NCBI GenBank assembly: GCA_900553395.1
Contig: USDJ01000002.1
Coordinates: 66,525 to 130,524, forward strand
DNA length: 64,000 nt
From: an uncultured Mycoplasmatota bacterium
GTDB taxonomy: Bacteria > Bacillota_I > Bacilli_A > RF39 > UBA660
Direction: 5' to 3'
This document shows, in pieces, positions 48,098 through 61,526 of the stretch (positions are counted from its first letter, which is position 1; each line of letters opens with the position of its first letter). The notes under the pieces are model-generated. The model searched no databases, was not told the DNA's origin, and saw nothing but the letters and a program-made list of their open reading frames with translations. The position numbers were made by a program, and so were the translations under genes.

Positions 48098-48586
48098 CTA
48101 TTTACAAACAGCTCCCATTGATTCATATATACTAATAAGTCCACTAGCTAGCATTTCATTATTTGAATTTACATAACTTTTCATAGCAGTATTATCAGAA
48201 ACATAAGCTTTTACATCCATCTTTGTATAATCGATAGTTACTTGCGAATAAACTTTTCCATCTTTTTTCTCTATATTAATATCATAACCTCCATATGTTT
48301 CATTCACTGATTCATATGTAGAATTTAAAGTTTCTAAGAAATAATCTAAAACTGATTCATCATCCGATTCAATTTCTTCTTTAGAAACCACTTTCTTAAC
48401 TATACTACCACTTTTATAAATATTATATTCAGAACTTATTTTATATCCATCTTTTGTATTATTTGATGTAAACTTACAAGTTACTTTATCATCTTCTTTT
48501 TTTACTCCTTGACTAGTTTTACTTACACTCTCACATCCAAAAGTAAATAAAAGTGTAACTATCATTAAAACAAAATATTTTTTCAT
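48098..48586 (-). CDS. Putative lipoprotein (lipobox LLFTFGC)
   Basis: Signal peptide ending in FGC with the Cys at +1; no other motif. Confidence 0.5.
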   Translation of the reverse strand: MKKYFVLMIVTLLFTFGCESVSKTSQGVKKEDDKVTCKFTSNNTKDGYKISSEYNIYKSGSIVKKVVSKEEIESDDESVLDYFLETLNSTYESVNETYGGYDINIEKKDGKVYSQVTIDYTKMDVKAYVSDNTAMKSYVNSNNEMLASGLISIYESMGAVCK

Positions 48587-48610
48587 ATCATTATACTCCT
48601 TACAATAATT

Positions 48611-49316
48611 TTAGTTTTTTAACATAGATTCAAGCCTTTTACATACGTCTTTATCCATAGGCTCTATATCCGCTAATTTATACTTTATATTTAATTTTTT
48701 ATATTTTTCTACTCCCATAGTATGATATGGCAATAGTTGTACCTTTTCAACGTTATCAAACATTTTTATATATTCTTTTAAATTTAATACATATTCCTCA
48801 CTATCATTTATAGTAGGTATAATTACTTGTCTTAGCCATAATTTAGGTTTACTTATTTTTAGTCTTTCACAAAAATAAGTAAATTCGTCCATACTTTTTC
48901 CAGTAATTTTTTTATAGTTTTTAGAATCGATGGCCTTTATATCTAACATTACTAAATCTATATATTTTAATATTTCATCTAAAACATCTTTATTATAACC
49001 TGTTCCAGATGTATCAAGACAAGTGTGTATGCCTGCTTTTTTACACAATTTTATAGTTTCTAATAAAAATTCAGATTGAAATAGAGGCTCTCCACCCGAA
49101 AATGTTACACCTCCACCTGATTCTATATAAGGTCTATATTTTCTTACTAAGTCAACAATTTCCTTAGATGTAACTTTATTATTAGACTCTTTAAACCAAG
49201 TATCAGGATTATGGCAAAATATGCATCTTAAAGGACAACCCTGCATAAATATGACAATCCTTATTCCAGGGCCATCCACAAGTCCCATAGTTTCTACAGA
49301 ATGTATAAAACCTTCT

Positions 49317-49330
<14 letters not shown>
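48611..49330 (-). CDS. pflA: Pyruvate formate-lyase activating enzyme (glycyl-radical activase)
   Basis: Radical SAM CxxxCxxC ([11 protein letters not shown]) and SGGEPL motifs; overlaps pflB by 14 nt. Confidence 0.85.
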
Positions 49331-53559
<4,229 letters not shown>

Positions 53560-53564
53560 TCATA

Positions 53565-54314
53565 TTATTTAATTTTTCTGTGTTGAATATTATAAGTTAA
53601 TCTCAATTTTAATTTATTTGGTAATAATCTTCCAAATATATATATCATTTTTATAGAAAATCCTGGTATTATTAAAAGTTTACCTTTAAACATTTTTTTA
53701 ATAGCATAGCGTGCTACAAAATCACTTGGAAGTGACTTGATTTTGAATTCGCATCCCGCTACATTATTAAAATTAGTATCTACTGGTCCTGGACATAAAC
53801 AGCTTATCTTTACATTACTATTAATGTGCCTTAACTCTTCATATAAAGCTAAAGTCAAATTATAGACATAAGCTTTAGTTGAATAATAAGTTGCCATTAA
53901 AGGCCCCGGTTGGAATGCAGCACTAGAAGAAACATTAAGTATGTATCCTGAATCCCTTTTTATAAAATCAGATATAAATAACTTAGTAAGTACGTGAAGA
54001 GCTTTAATATTTAAGTCTATCATATCTAATTCTTTTGAAATATTAGATTCATTAAATGGTCCAATAAGACCAAATCCTGCATTATTAATAAGTATTTCTA
54101 TATTTTTATCTTTAACCATATCATATAATTTATAACAATTATTAATATCACCTAAGTCCATAGCAATTATTTCGACCTTAGTATTTATTTTATTCTTTAC
54201 TTCTTCTAGCTTCTTTTTATCCCTAGCTACTAATATTAAATCATAGCCTTTACTACCTAAATATATAGCCATATCACGGCCTATACCACTACTAGCACCT
54301 GTTATTAATACCAT
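53565..54314 (-). CDS. SDR family short-chain dehydrogenase/reductase
   Basis: TGASSGIG cofactor motif, NNAG, and a YxxxK catalytic site (YYSTKAYV). Confidence 0.8.
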   Translation of the reverse strand: MVLITGASSGIGRDMAIYLGSKGYDLILVARDKKKLEEVKNKINTKVEIIAMDLGDINNCYKLYDMVKDKNIEILINNAGFGLIGPFNESNISKELDMIDLNIKALHVLTKLFISDFIKRDSGYILNVSSSAAFQPGPLMATYYSTKAYVYNLTLALYEELRHINSNVKISCLCPGPVDTNFNNVAGCEFKIKSLPSDFVARYAIKKMFKGKLLIIPGFSIKMIYIFGRLLPNKLKLRLTYNIQHRKIK

Positions 54315-54375
54315 GTTATCACCTATTTAATTATATAATAAAAAAAATCTAAAAACTAGATTTTTCATAATAATA

Positions 54376-54950
54376 TTATAATTTGTCCTTGCTTACTTCA
54401 ATAACAGGACGAATGCCTAAGTATTGTACATATAAATACTTCAAGTCAAAAACACTAACACCAAATATAGGATGACAGATTGTGTATAAAAGTCATCTTC
54501 CTGGTAATCATCTGTAATAGTACTAGAATTTTCTTTAGTTTTTTTATATCGGGCAACCAATTACTCTTAGATTTTACTTGAGTTGTAGTAAGATTGCTTT
54601 CTGAAAATCCAATAGAACTCAAGTCGGTAACTATCTTTTTTACATCTATTGAAGTTATACCCATAATGCTTATAACTTTTTCCATAGATAATATTTTTGA
54701 AGTATAGCTTGAATAGTCTATTGTGTAATCTATTCCATCACTACAAATAGAACCACTTGCCACATCGAAGTCTATATTAGCTTGTCTACTCGCTACTGTA
54801 TCATTTATAGCATCTATATAAAATTCTACACTTCTTAATGCTACATTCTTTCTAGAATCATGAATCATATTTGTACTATTGGAAAAGCTATCAAAGCTAT
54901 TATCGCTAGTATAACTAATACTGCAAGAAGTTCTATTAATGTAAATTATC
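54376..54950 (-). pseudogene. Decayed prepilin-type gene (paralog of the 39306..40370 pilin-like gene): in-frame stop replacing the Gly of the G|FTLIELL site, no start codon, and an internal frameshift
   Basis: The minus strand reads NVKNR*FTLIELLAVLVILAIIALIAFSN..RSVEFYIDAI (compare MKNVKNKGFTLIELL in intact paralogs). The track ORF 54455..54868 is the middle fragment. A third frame ends ...YLGIRPVIEVSKDKL*, matching the C-terminus YGVRPVIEVKRNKIS of the 39306 gene. Confidence 0.6.
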
Positions 54951-55012
54951 TATTCTTCACATTATCACCATTTTAAGTATATAAAAAGTTTGACAAAATG
55001 TCAAACTAGCTA

Positions 55013-56008
55013 TTATCTTTTTTCAAAACTCATATTTGGCTTTTTTAATAATTTAAGTTGAAAGCCTAATGTATCTTGACTCTCATGATCTAACTGTGAA
55101 TCACTGCCTTCAAAAAAGTGAATATAGTCTAGTGCTGTATATGGAGTTGTATAACTAAAATCATTTGTTTCTTCATAAAATAAGGCGTTTCTAAATGATA
55201 TAGCAAAACCATCTAAGTAGGCTTTTATATTTTCTTCTGTTGCCTCTATATATCCATCACTTAATATTTTCATAGCTACTTCTTTTCTCTTTTCATCCAT
55301 TAACATAGCCTTACCTGCTGATATTCCAGTGAAATGCATAATTCCCAGTCTATCTAAGCAATTATTAGCTAAGAGAAAAAATTGACGATATGAGCAATCT
55401 ACTATATATTTTTTACCATCTATAACTATTATATTAAAGTAATGAAATCTAAGATCATTTGGAAGATTTAGATTTTTTTTAAAACCTGGACTGATTACTA
55501 AACTTTGTGACTTTACAGAATACTTTGAACTTACTTTATTTACTATATTGCTAGCTTCAAAACATAAATTTCTGAGTGGATGAAGCATTAAAGTATTTAA
55601 CAAAACTTCCAAATCACTTGATTGTGTAATGCTAGATGCTAACTCTATTCTTGAATCACGAACGATACATCGTATTATATCTTCACCATCATCTTGTCTG
55701 CTTAAAACATCTAAAGATATTTTGGGATTTGATTCTACTAAAAATATCTTGCTATGATTAATATTTTCAAAACGTGATAATGAACATATTTTACTTTTAA
55801 CATCTGAATAATAATGTACACTAACTCTTGCGTTGCAGAAGTCATTTAATTGAGCATTTAAAGTTTTTATTCTTCTATAAATTAAATTTAAATTTTCACC
55901 AAGAGCAATAATATCATCTGGGTCTGAAGTAGAACCACTTAATTCTTTAAATTCGTCTATATATTTATCTATTTGTTTTAAGCATCTTTTAAATATCACA
56001 AAATTCAC
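55013..56008 (-). CDS. Hypothetical protein, tandem paralog B (conserved C-terminal approximately 155 aa shared with paralog A)
   Basis: Shares the block HYFNI.VI.GKKYIVDCSYRQFFLLA.NCLDRLGIMHFTGISAGKAMLMDEKRKEVAMKILSDGYIEATEENIKAYLDGFAISFRNALFYEETNDFSYTTPYTALDYIHFFEGSDSQLDHES with 56070..57020; the N-terminal halves are divergent. Confidence 0.5.
   Translation of the reverse strand: MNFVIFKRCLKQIDKYIDEFKELSGSTSDPDDIIALGENLNLIYRRIKTLNAQLNDFCNARVSVHYYSDVKSKICSLSRFENINHSKIFLVESNPKISLDVLSRQDDGEDIIRCIVRDSRIELASSITQSSDLEVLLNTLMLHPLRNLCFEASNIVNKVSSKYSVKSQSLVISPGFKKNLNLPNDLRFHYFNIIVIDGKKYIVDCSYRQFFLLANNCLDRLGIMHFTGISAGKAMLMDEKRKEVAMKILSDGYIEATEENIKAYLDGFAISFRNALFYEETNDFSYTTPYTALDYIHFFEGSDSQLDHESQDTLGFQLKLLKKPNMSFEKR
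55021..55480. repeat. Direct repeat copy 1 (3' coding portion of paralog B); perfect 262-bp core at 55081..55342
   Basis: Base-for-base identical to 56138..56399, with near-identical flanks. Confidence 0.8.
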
Positions 56009-56069
56009 CTGATAAGTATTGTACTATTTTTTTTAATAATGTCAAATTAGCAATTTTTTAAAATAAGAT

Positions 56070-57020
56070 TTATCTTTTTTCAAAACTCATATTTGGATTT
56101 TTTAATGGTTTAAGTTGAAGACCAAGTGTCTTTTTACTCTCATGATCTAACTGTGAATCACTGCCTTCAAAAAAGTGAATATAGTCTAGTGCTGTATATG
56201 GAGTTGTATAACTAAAATCATTTGTTTCTTCATAAAATAAGGCGTTTCTAAATGATATAGCAAAACCATCTAAGTAGGCTTTTATATTTTCTTCTGTTGC
56301 CTCTATATATCCATCACTTAATATTTTCATAGCTACTTCTTTTCTCTTTTCATCCATTAACATAGCCTTACCTGCTGATATTCCAGTGAAATGCATAATC
56401 CCTAGTCTATCTAAACAATTACTAGCTAAAAGAAAAAATTGGCGATATGAGCAATCTACTATATATTTTTTACCATTTATAACTACTATATTAAAGTAAT
56501 GAAAATTTAATTCACTTGGTATATCCGAATCTTTTTTAAACCCAGGATAAATTATTACACTTTTTGATTTAGCACCCATTAAAAGGCTAACTTCATCTAC
56601 TATATCACTAGCTTTAGAACAACAATCTACTAAAGAACTTTTTACTGTAAATTCATTTAAGGAAATGGATAAATCAGATATAAGTCTTAATCTAGAATAT
56701 TTTATGATACGTTTTATTATTTCACTATTCTCATTTGAAAATACTAAATCATAAGTAAGATTTGGAAACGAATCTATTAAAAATTTGTCTGGGTAAAGAA
56801 AATCTGATAGTTCAAATATTCTTTCGCCTACAGCATCATAATAAAATTTTCTCGTTTTGCCTTTAGAAGTATAATAATATTCTTGTTGATAAGCTTTAAT
56901 TCTTTTATAAAAGTCATTTATTCTTCTTTCAAGTATATCCTCTTCTAAGCAAAAATCTTCTCTTTCAAAATCCATCATACATTTGTCTATTTTTCTCAAA
57001 TATTTTTGTTCTATCATCAC
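56070..57020 (-). CDS. Hypothetical protein, tandem paralog A
   Basis: See paralog B; same length class and same strand, with a 61-nt spacer. Confidence 0.5.
   Translation of the reverse strand: MMIEQKYLRKIDKCMMDFEREDFCLEEDILERRINDFYKRIKAYQQEYYYTSKGKTRKFYYDAVGERIFELSDFLYPDKFLIDSFPNLTYDLVFSNENSEIIKRIIKYSRLRLISDLSISLNEFTVKSSLVDCCSKASDIVDEVSLLMGAKSKSVIIYPGFKKDSDIPSELNFHYFNIVVINGKKYIVDCSYRQFFLLASNCLDRLGIMHFTGISAGKAMLMDEKRKEVAMKILSDGYIEATEENIKAYLDGFAISFRNALFYEETNDFSYTTPYTALDYIHFFEGSDSQLDHESKKTLGLQLKPLKNPNMSFEKR
56078..56537. repeat. Direct repeat copy 2 (3' coding portion of paralog A); perfect 262-bp core at 56138..56399
   Basis: Offset is exactly 1057 bp from copy 1. Confidence 0.8.
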
Positions 57021-57073
57021 AAGAAATCACCTGGTAAGGTATTATACTTGTTTTACATTATTAAATCAAGTTA

Positions 57074-59212
57074 TTAAATTAAGTTTGTCCTAACCGAATT
57101 TACACCTATATCATAGTAATTATCTTTTAATGCTCTTTTTTTATAGTTATATATGTGCATAAAATTATTCTTAACAACAATTTTATATTTGTTATTAAAT
57201 CTATCTATCAAATATCCAGATTTAGTATTATATTTTTTTAGCAAGTTGTATTTGCACACCATAACTTGTTCATATCCATCAGTTATAACCTCTAAATTAG
57301 GCCTTTTATTATATCTTTTTATATAAGTTTCAATTAAAAATTTAATTTGCTTATAATTTAACTCATAAGATAATGTTATCTTATTAACTCCTATACTGTG
57401 TAAAAAAGCAACTGAATAAGAATTAAATACATTAAGTGAGAAATCAGAATCTACATTTTTATATTTAAAAACACTTCCTATATCTCCAACTAATAAATTA
57501 GTATTATTAAATTCTTTTAAATGTTCATTAACTGTATCTAATTTAAAATAGGCTTTATCTGATTTTATTTTACTAAATACATTATAATCATCAATATATA
57601 TTATGTCATAACAGTCTTTATACTTTTCATATTCCTCATAAGATTCTAGCAAAATAGATTTTTTTTGTTCTTTTTTATAATCTTTTAAATCTATATGATA
57701 TTCTTCTTTTATGTATTCATTTTTATATATTCTTTTTTCATCTAATTCTTTTATGGCGTTTCTTCTTAATTCATTTATTACGTTCATTGGAATAAATGAA
57801 TTATCATCTATAGTTATATTTAATTTGTCAAAAGTATATATTGAAGATCCTAGCTTATTTAATTTAGATAGTATATCATCTTTTGTAACAGAACATTTTT
57901 CTGATACTTGAACTTTTATATCACTATATTTTTCAACTTTATTTTTTCCATCTGTAATAGATAATTTTACATAATTACCTATTTTCATTTCACATATACC
58001 ACTTATTTTGATTTTTTTATTTACAGACATTTTTTCTTTCAATATTTTTAATTGAAGATTATCTGTTGTCTTTACTACTTTGGCTCCCTTTTCTGCATTT
58101 TTTACATAAAGTGATATAATGTCTCCTTTTTTGGCACTCTTTATTTTTGGATTATTAGAAATACTAGTCACTGTCATTCCATAATCTTCTTTTCCTATTA
58201 TTCTAATTCCATCGCCTATATTTAAATCATCTTCAAGTAATATTGTAGCTATATTATTCTTACTCTTTATAACTTTTCCTAAAACTGTACCCATATGATT
58301 AGGTCTAAATGTATTAGTAAAATTATCATTTTTTTCATTAAATAAAAAACCTTTAGTAAATTCTCTATTAAAAACTTTTTTTAATTCCAATATATCTTCT
58401 TCTGTTATATTAGTTTTCTTATATTTAACATAATTATCTATTGCTTTTCTATATAGACTAGTAACTAAATATACATACTCTGGCCTTTTCATTCTTCCTT
58501 CTATTTTAAAGCTATCAACACCTATATCTATTAGTTTACCTATATTACTTAAAGTATTTAGATCTTTAGTACTCAATAAATATTTATTTTTTTCAACTAA
58601 ATTATTATCGATTTCAAGACTATACATTTGTCTACAGCATTGAGCACATGTTCCTCTATTGCCACTTCTAGAACCTATTAGGGCACTCATTAAACATTCT
58701 CCAGAATAACTTTGACAAAGCGCTCCATGTACAAAAATTTCTATTTCTACCTTTGAATTTTTCTTTATTTCTTCAACTAATTCTATAGGAGTTTCACGAG
58801 CTAAAACAGCTCTTTTAATTCCTATGCTTTCACAGAATTTTACGCCTTCCAAATTATGAATATGAAGCTGTGTTGATGCGTGAATCTCTAACTTAGGATA
58901 AGTTTTTCTAACTAGGTCAATCATGCCTATATCTTGCATAATTAATGCATCAACATCGTTTCTATATAAAAAGTCAACATATTCTAAAAGCTTTTCTACT
59001 TCTATATCATAAATTAGTGTATTAATCGTTACATATACTTTTACTCCAAATAAATGACTAGTTTTAATAGCCCATATTATTTCGTCACGAGAAAAATTTG
59101 AAGCAAAACTCCTAGCTCCAAAATTTTTACCAGATAAATAAACTGCATCACATCCTGCGTTTATAGCAGGCATTAATGTTTCTACACTTCCTACTGGAGA
59201 TAATAATTCCAT
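57074..59212 (-). CDS. Peptidase U32 family protein, long form with a C-terminal extension
   Basis: MELLSPVGSVETLMPAINAGCDAVYLSG N-terminus and a conserved E-x-F-x-H-G-A-L-C block (EIFVHGALCQSYSGEC); 712 aa. Confidence 0.8.
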   Translation of the reverse strand: MELLSPVGSVETLMPAINAGCDAVYLSGKNFGARSFASNFSRDEIIWAIKTSHLFGVKVYVTINTLIYDIEVEKLLEYVDFLYRNDVDALIMQDIGMIDLVRKTYPKLEIHASTQLHIHNLEGVKFCESIGIKRAVLARETPIELVEEIKKNSKVEIEIFVHGALCQSYSGECLMSALIGSRSGNRGTCAQCCRQMYSLEIDNNLVEKNKYLLSTKDLNTLSNIGKLIDIGVDSFKIEGRMKRPEYVYLVTSLYRKAIDNYVKYKKTNITEEDILELKKVFNREFTKGFLFNEKNDNFTNTFRPNHMGTVLGKVIKSKNNIATILLEDDLNIGDGIRIIGKEDYGMTVTSISNNPKIKSAKKGDIISLYVKNAEKGAKVVKTTDNLQLKILKEKMSVNKKIKISGICEMKIGNYVKLSITDGKNKVEKYSDIKVQVSEKCSVTKDDILSKLNKLGSSIYTFDKLNITIDDNSFIPMNVINELRRNAIKELDEKRIYKNEYIKEEYHIDLKDYKKEQKKSILLESYEEYEKYKDCYDIIYIDDYNVFSKIKSDKAYFKLDTVNEHLKEFNNTNLLVGDIGSVFKYKNVDSDFSLNVFNSYSVAFLHSIGVNKITLSYELNYKQIKFLIETYIKRYNKRPNLEVITDGYEQVMVCKYNLLKKYNTKSGYLIDRFNNKYKIVVKNNFMHIYNYKKRALKDNYYDIGVNSVRTNLI

Positions 59213-59220
59213 ACAAACAC

Positions 59221-60225
59221 CTAATTCTTCTCTTTTTTCTTATTTAAATATTCTTCGTAATTAAATCGATCTAATAAATCAGCTTTACTTATCTTAAATC
59301 TCTTCTTAAACACACTTTCATTAAGAAATAATAGAAATGCATTTTCTTCGTTTATTTCTATTCCAATATTATTCAAATAATAATATCTAGCAAAAGAAAG
59401 CTCAACACTTTGAATAAGATATTTTGGAACTTTTACTATGACATTTAATATTCCAAATTCTCTATATAAATTTAATTTATCATTAGTATTTTCTATAGTT
59501 GAACCTAGTATTACCGGAAACTCTAACACAATACGCCTAGCATCTTCCACCTTGAAGCCGAATGTCAATAGATTATTAAATCTATCATTAATTTTAGACA
59601 TTAATAAAGATAGTAGTTGTGGATAAATGGAACACATTTCTATTACTTCTTCATTTGTAAATCCTAACAAACAAATATCTTTTATTCTTTTTTTAACTTT
59701 ATTTTGGGATAGGTTTATGATTGATGGTAATTTTTTTATGATTTTTAATGCCTGATTTTTACTGAACCCTAAAGATACTATGTCATCTATTCTCTTTGAA
59801 ATATAACTAATATCAGAACCTAATATTTGAGGAAATTTCTTAATAATTTTTAAAACCTCATTATAAGTTAATTTTAACGTCATCATATCTTTAATCTTAT
59901 TTAAAGACGTAGCATATGGATGTTTTAAGATGTGTGGATTAGCAAGTATCATCTTTTTTATTTCACTTTCAGTAAATCCTAATTCTCTATAATCACCAAT
60001 TCTACTTAACAAAGTAATAATTGAATACGAAAAAAGTCCTGGTACTACTCTAGTTATTTTTATAATTTGTTTTTGTGTATATCCTAATGAACTAAAAAAA
60101 TTATAATTAGTTTCTAATTTAGATTTTAGAGTATCATTATCATAACTGAGTAGTGCATAATCATTTACAATTTTTACCGCTATATCTTCGCTATAGCCTA
60201 AGCTCATTAAATAATTAACTGCCAT
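59221..60225 (-). CDS. mTERF-like repeat protein (about 8 repeats of the L..LGFS...I.KI....P.LL motif)
   Basis: Periodic approximately 32-36 aa units: YLMSLGYSEDIAVKIVNDYALL, FFSSLGYTQKQIIKITRVVPGLF, LGFTESEIKKMILANPHIL, LGFSKNQALKIIKKLPSII, LGFTNEEVIEMCSIYPQLL, FGFKVEDARRIVLEFPVIL. Confidence 0.5.
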   Translation of the reverse strand: MAVNYLMSLGYSEDIAVKIVNDYALLSYDNDTLKSKLETNYNFFSSLGYTQKQIIKITRVVPGLFSYSIITLLSRIGDYRELGFTESEIKKMILANPHILKHPYATSLNKIKDMMTLKLTYNEVLKIIKKFPQILGSDISYISKRIDDIVSLGFSKNQALKIIKKLPSIINLSQNKVKKRIKDICLLGFTNEEVIEMCSIYPQLLSLLMSKINDRFNNLLTFGFKVEDARRIVLEFPVILGSTIENTNDKLNLYREFGILNVIVKVPKYLIQSVELSFARYYYLNNIGIEINEENAFLLFLNESVFKKRFKISKADLLDRFNYEEYLNKKKEKN

Positions 60226-60608
60226 TAATCTATTACTCCCATGCTTATTAAACCTATAATATCATCAATTTCCATTCCGTTTTTTCGTTTTTCTAAAATA
60301 AATTCATCTATATCATCAGCATCTTCATTAAGTAAAAGAGGATTACTATCAAAAGTAATGTCTAATCTTTTTATTCCAAGTAATTTAAGCTTTTGTATAA
60401 GTTCTAAAACACTATCAAATATTCTATTTAAATAAATAGGATTAGTAGTTATAATATTTCTAATAATTTTATCACTACATCCTACACTTCTTAAAAGATC
60501 TATTAAATTAATTACTTCACTATTTGATAAGTATTCTAGTTCTGGATTTTCTTCTAGCATTTCTTTAATTTCTTCTGTTGATATATTAACATTTAAAAGT
60601 TCTAACAT
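60225..60608 (-). CDS. Small mTERF-like repeat protein (3 repeats), translationally coupled to the downstream larger one (TAATG overlap)
   Basis: LLRSVGCSDKIIRNIITTNPIYL and LLGIKRLDITFDSNPLLL units; the stop TAA overlaps the ATG of 59221..60225. Confidence 0.45.
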   Translation of the reverse strand: MLELLNVNISTEEIKEMLEENPELEYLSNSEVINLIDLLRSVGCSDKIIRNIITTNPIYLNRIFDSVLELIQKLKLLGIKRLDITFDSNPLLLNEDADDIDEFILEKRKNGMEIDDIIGLISMGVID

Positions 60609-60642
60609 ATAACCACCACATTAATTGTATCACATAATCTTT

Positions 60643-61491
60643 TTATTCCAAAATATTTTCTTCTAATGACGCTATATTATAACCTTTTGATTTTATATAA
60701 ATTATAATTGATGATAATTCTTTTTTAACTTCTGAATTAACGCTTAAAGATAGTATACTACCAGAATTTAATTTATCTTTTATATCTACTAACGGGGTAT
60801 TATCACTTATTTTTATTGGTTTAACAGTGAAGGATTTTTTTAATTTACATTGTTCTAAATTGCTACTAGAATTATTTGTGTTATAGCAAAAATTTACACT
60901 TTGATTATTAACTTTTCTTAAAACAATGTCCATCCATTCAAAATTAGGATCGCTATAATCATCAAATAATGGAGAAACTGTATGGAATGATTTTACCATT
61001 TTATCAACTAAATTATTGTTTTCCTTAAACCAATCAAATTCCACAAAAAAAGTCGCTTTTACATTATAATTATCAATTATATTTAATACTTTATCAATAT
61101 TATCTCCACTTTTTACTAAAAAAACTAAGCTTACCATTCTCTTTTCACTATTACCTTGAACTATATATTTATCTAAATTATCATTTATACTTATATTAGG
61201 TACAATATAATCATAAATATATAGTTTATCACTATAATATCCATTTTTTTTCATGTTTTTATAACTTTTTGATATATTAACTTCTCTACCTCTTATACCT
61301 GGTGTTATAGTATCACCATCTATAGTAGCGTCTATTGGACTCATTTTGTATTCATCTTTATTTTCATTTATCTTTGTCATTATTTCATCCATATTATTTA
61401 TAACTATAGCAGTTTTTTCCGTAATAAAAAAACTAAAACAAGTCAAACTAATTAGGCCTATCATTTGGAATATTTTTTTCAACATTATCAC
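60643..61491 (-). CDS. Membrane-anchored NodB-homology (polysaccharide deacetylase-like) protein, catalytic motifs degenerate
   Basis: N-terminal TM; VKATFFVEFDW beta-strand and downstream H-containing segment resemble the NodB fold, but the canonical TFDDG and H-x-x-x-H-P motifs are absent. Confidence 0.35.
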   Translation of the reverse strand: MIMLKKIFQMIGLISLTCFSFFITEKTAIVINNMDEIMTKINENKDEYKMSPIDATIDGDTITPGIRGREVNISKSYKNMKKNGYYSDKLYIYDYIVPNISINDNLDKYIVQGNSEKRMVSLVFLVKSGDNIDKVLNIIDNYNVKATFFVEFDWFKENNNLVDKMVKSFHTVSPLFDDYSDPNFEWMDIVLRKVNNQSVNFCYNTNNSSSNLEQCKLKKSFTVKPIKISDNTPLVDIKDKLNSGSILSLSVNSEVKKELSSIIIYIKSKGYNIASLEENILE

Positions 61492-61526
61492 CTAACTAAT
61501 TATATGTTTAGTTTTTATTCTTTTTA

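Noticed and set aside
60225-60225. Possible frameshifted single gene spanning both mTERF-like ORFs
   Set aside because: The junction is a clean TAATG stop/start overlap and the downstream ORF has its own Met. Two translationally coupled genes is the simpler reading.
60643-61491. Calling the NodB-like protein an active polysaccharide/peptidoglycan deacetylase (PdaA-like)
   Set aside because: The canonical TFDDG Asp-Asp and His-His metal-binding motifs are not recognisable. Only the fold-level strand pattern is present, so it is reported as degenerate or uncertain.
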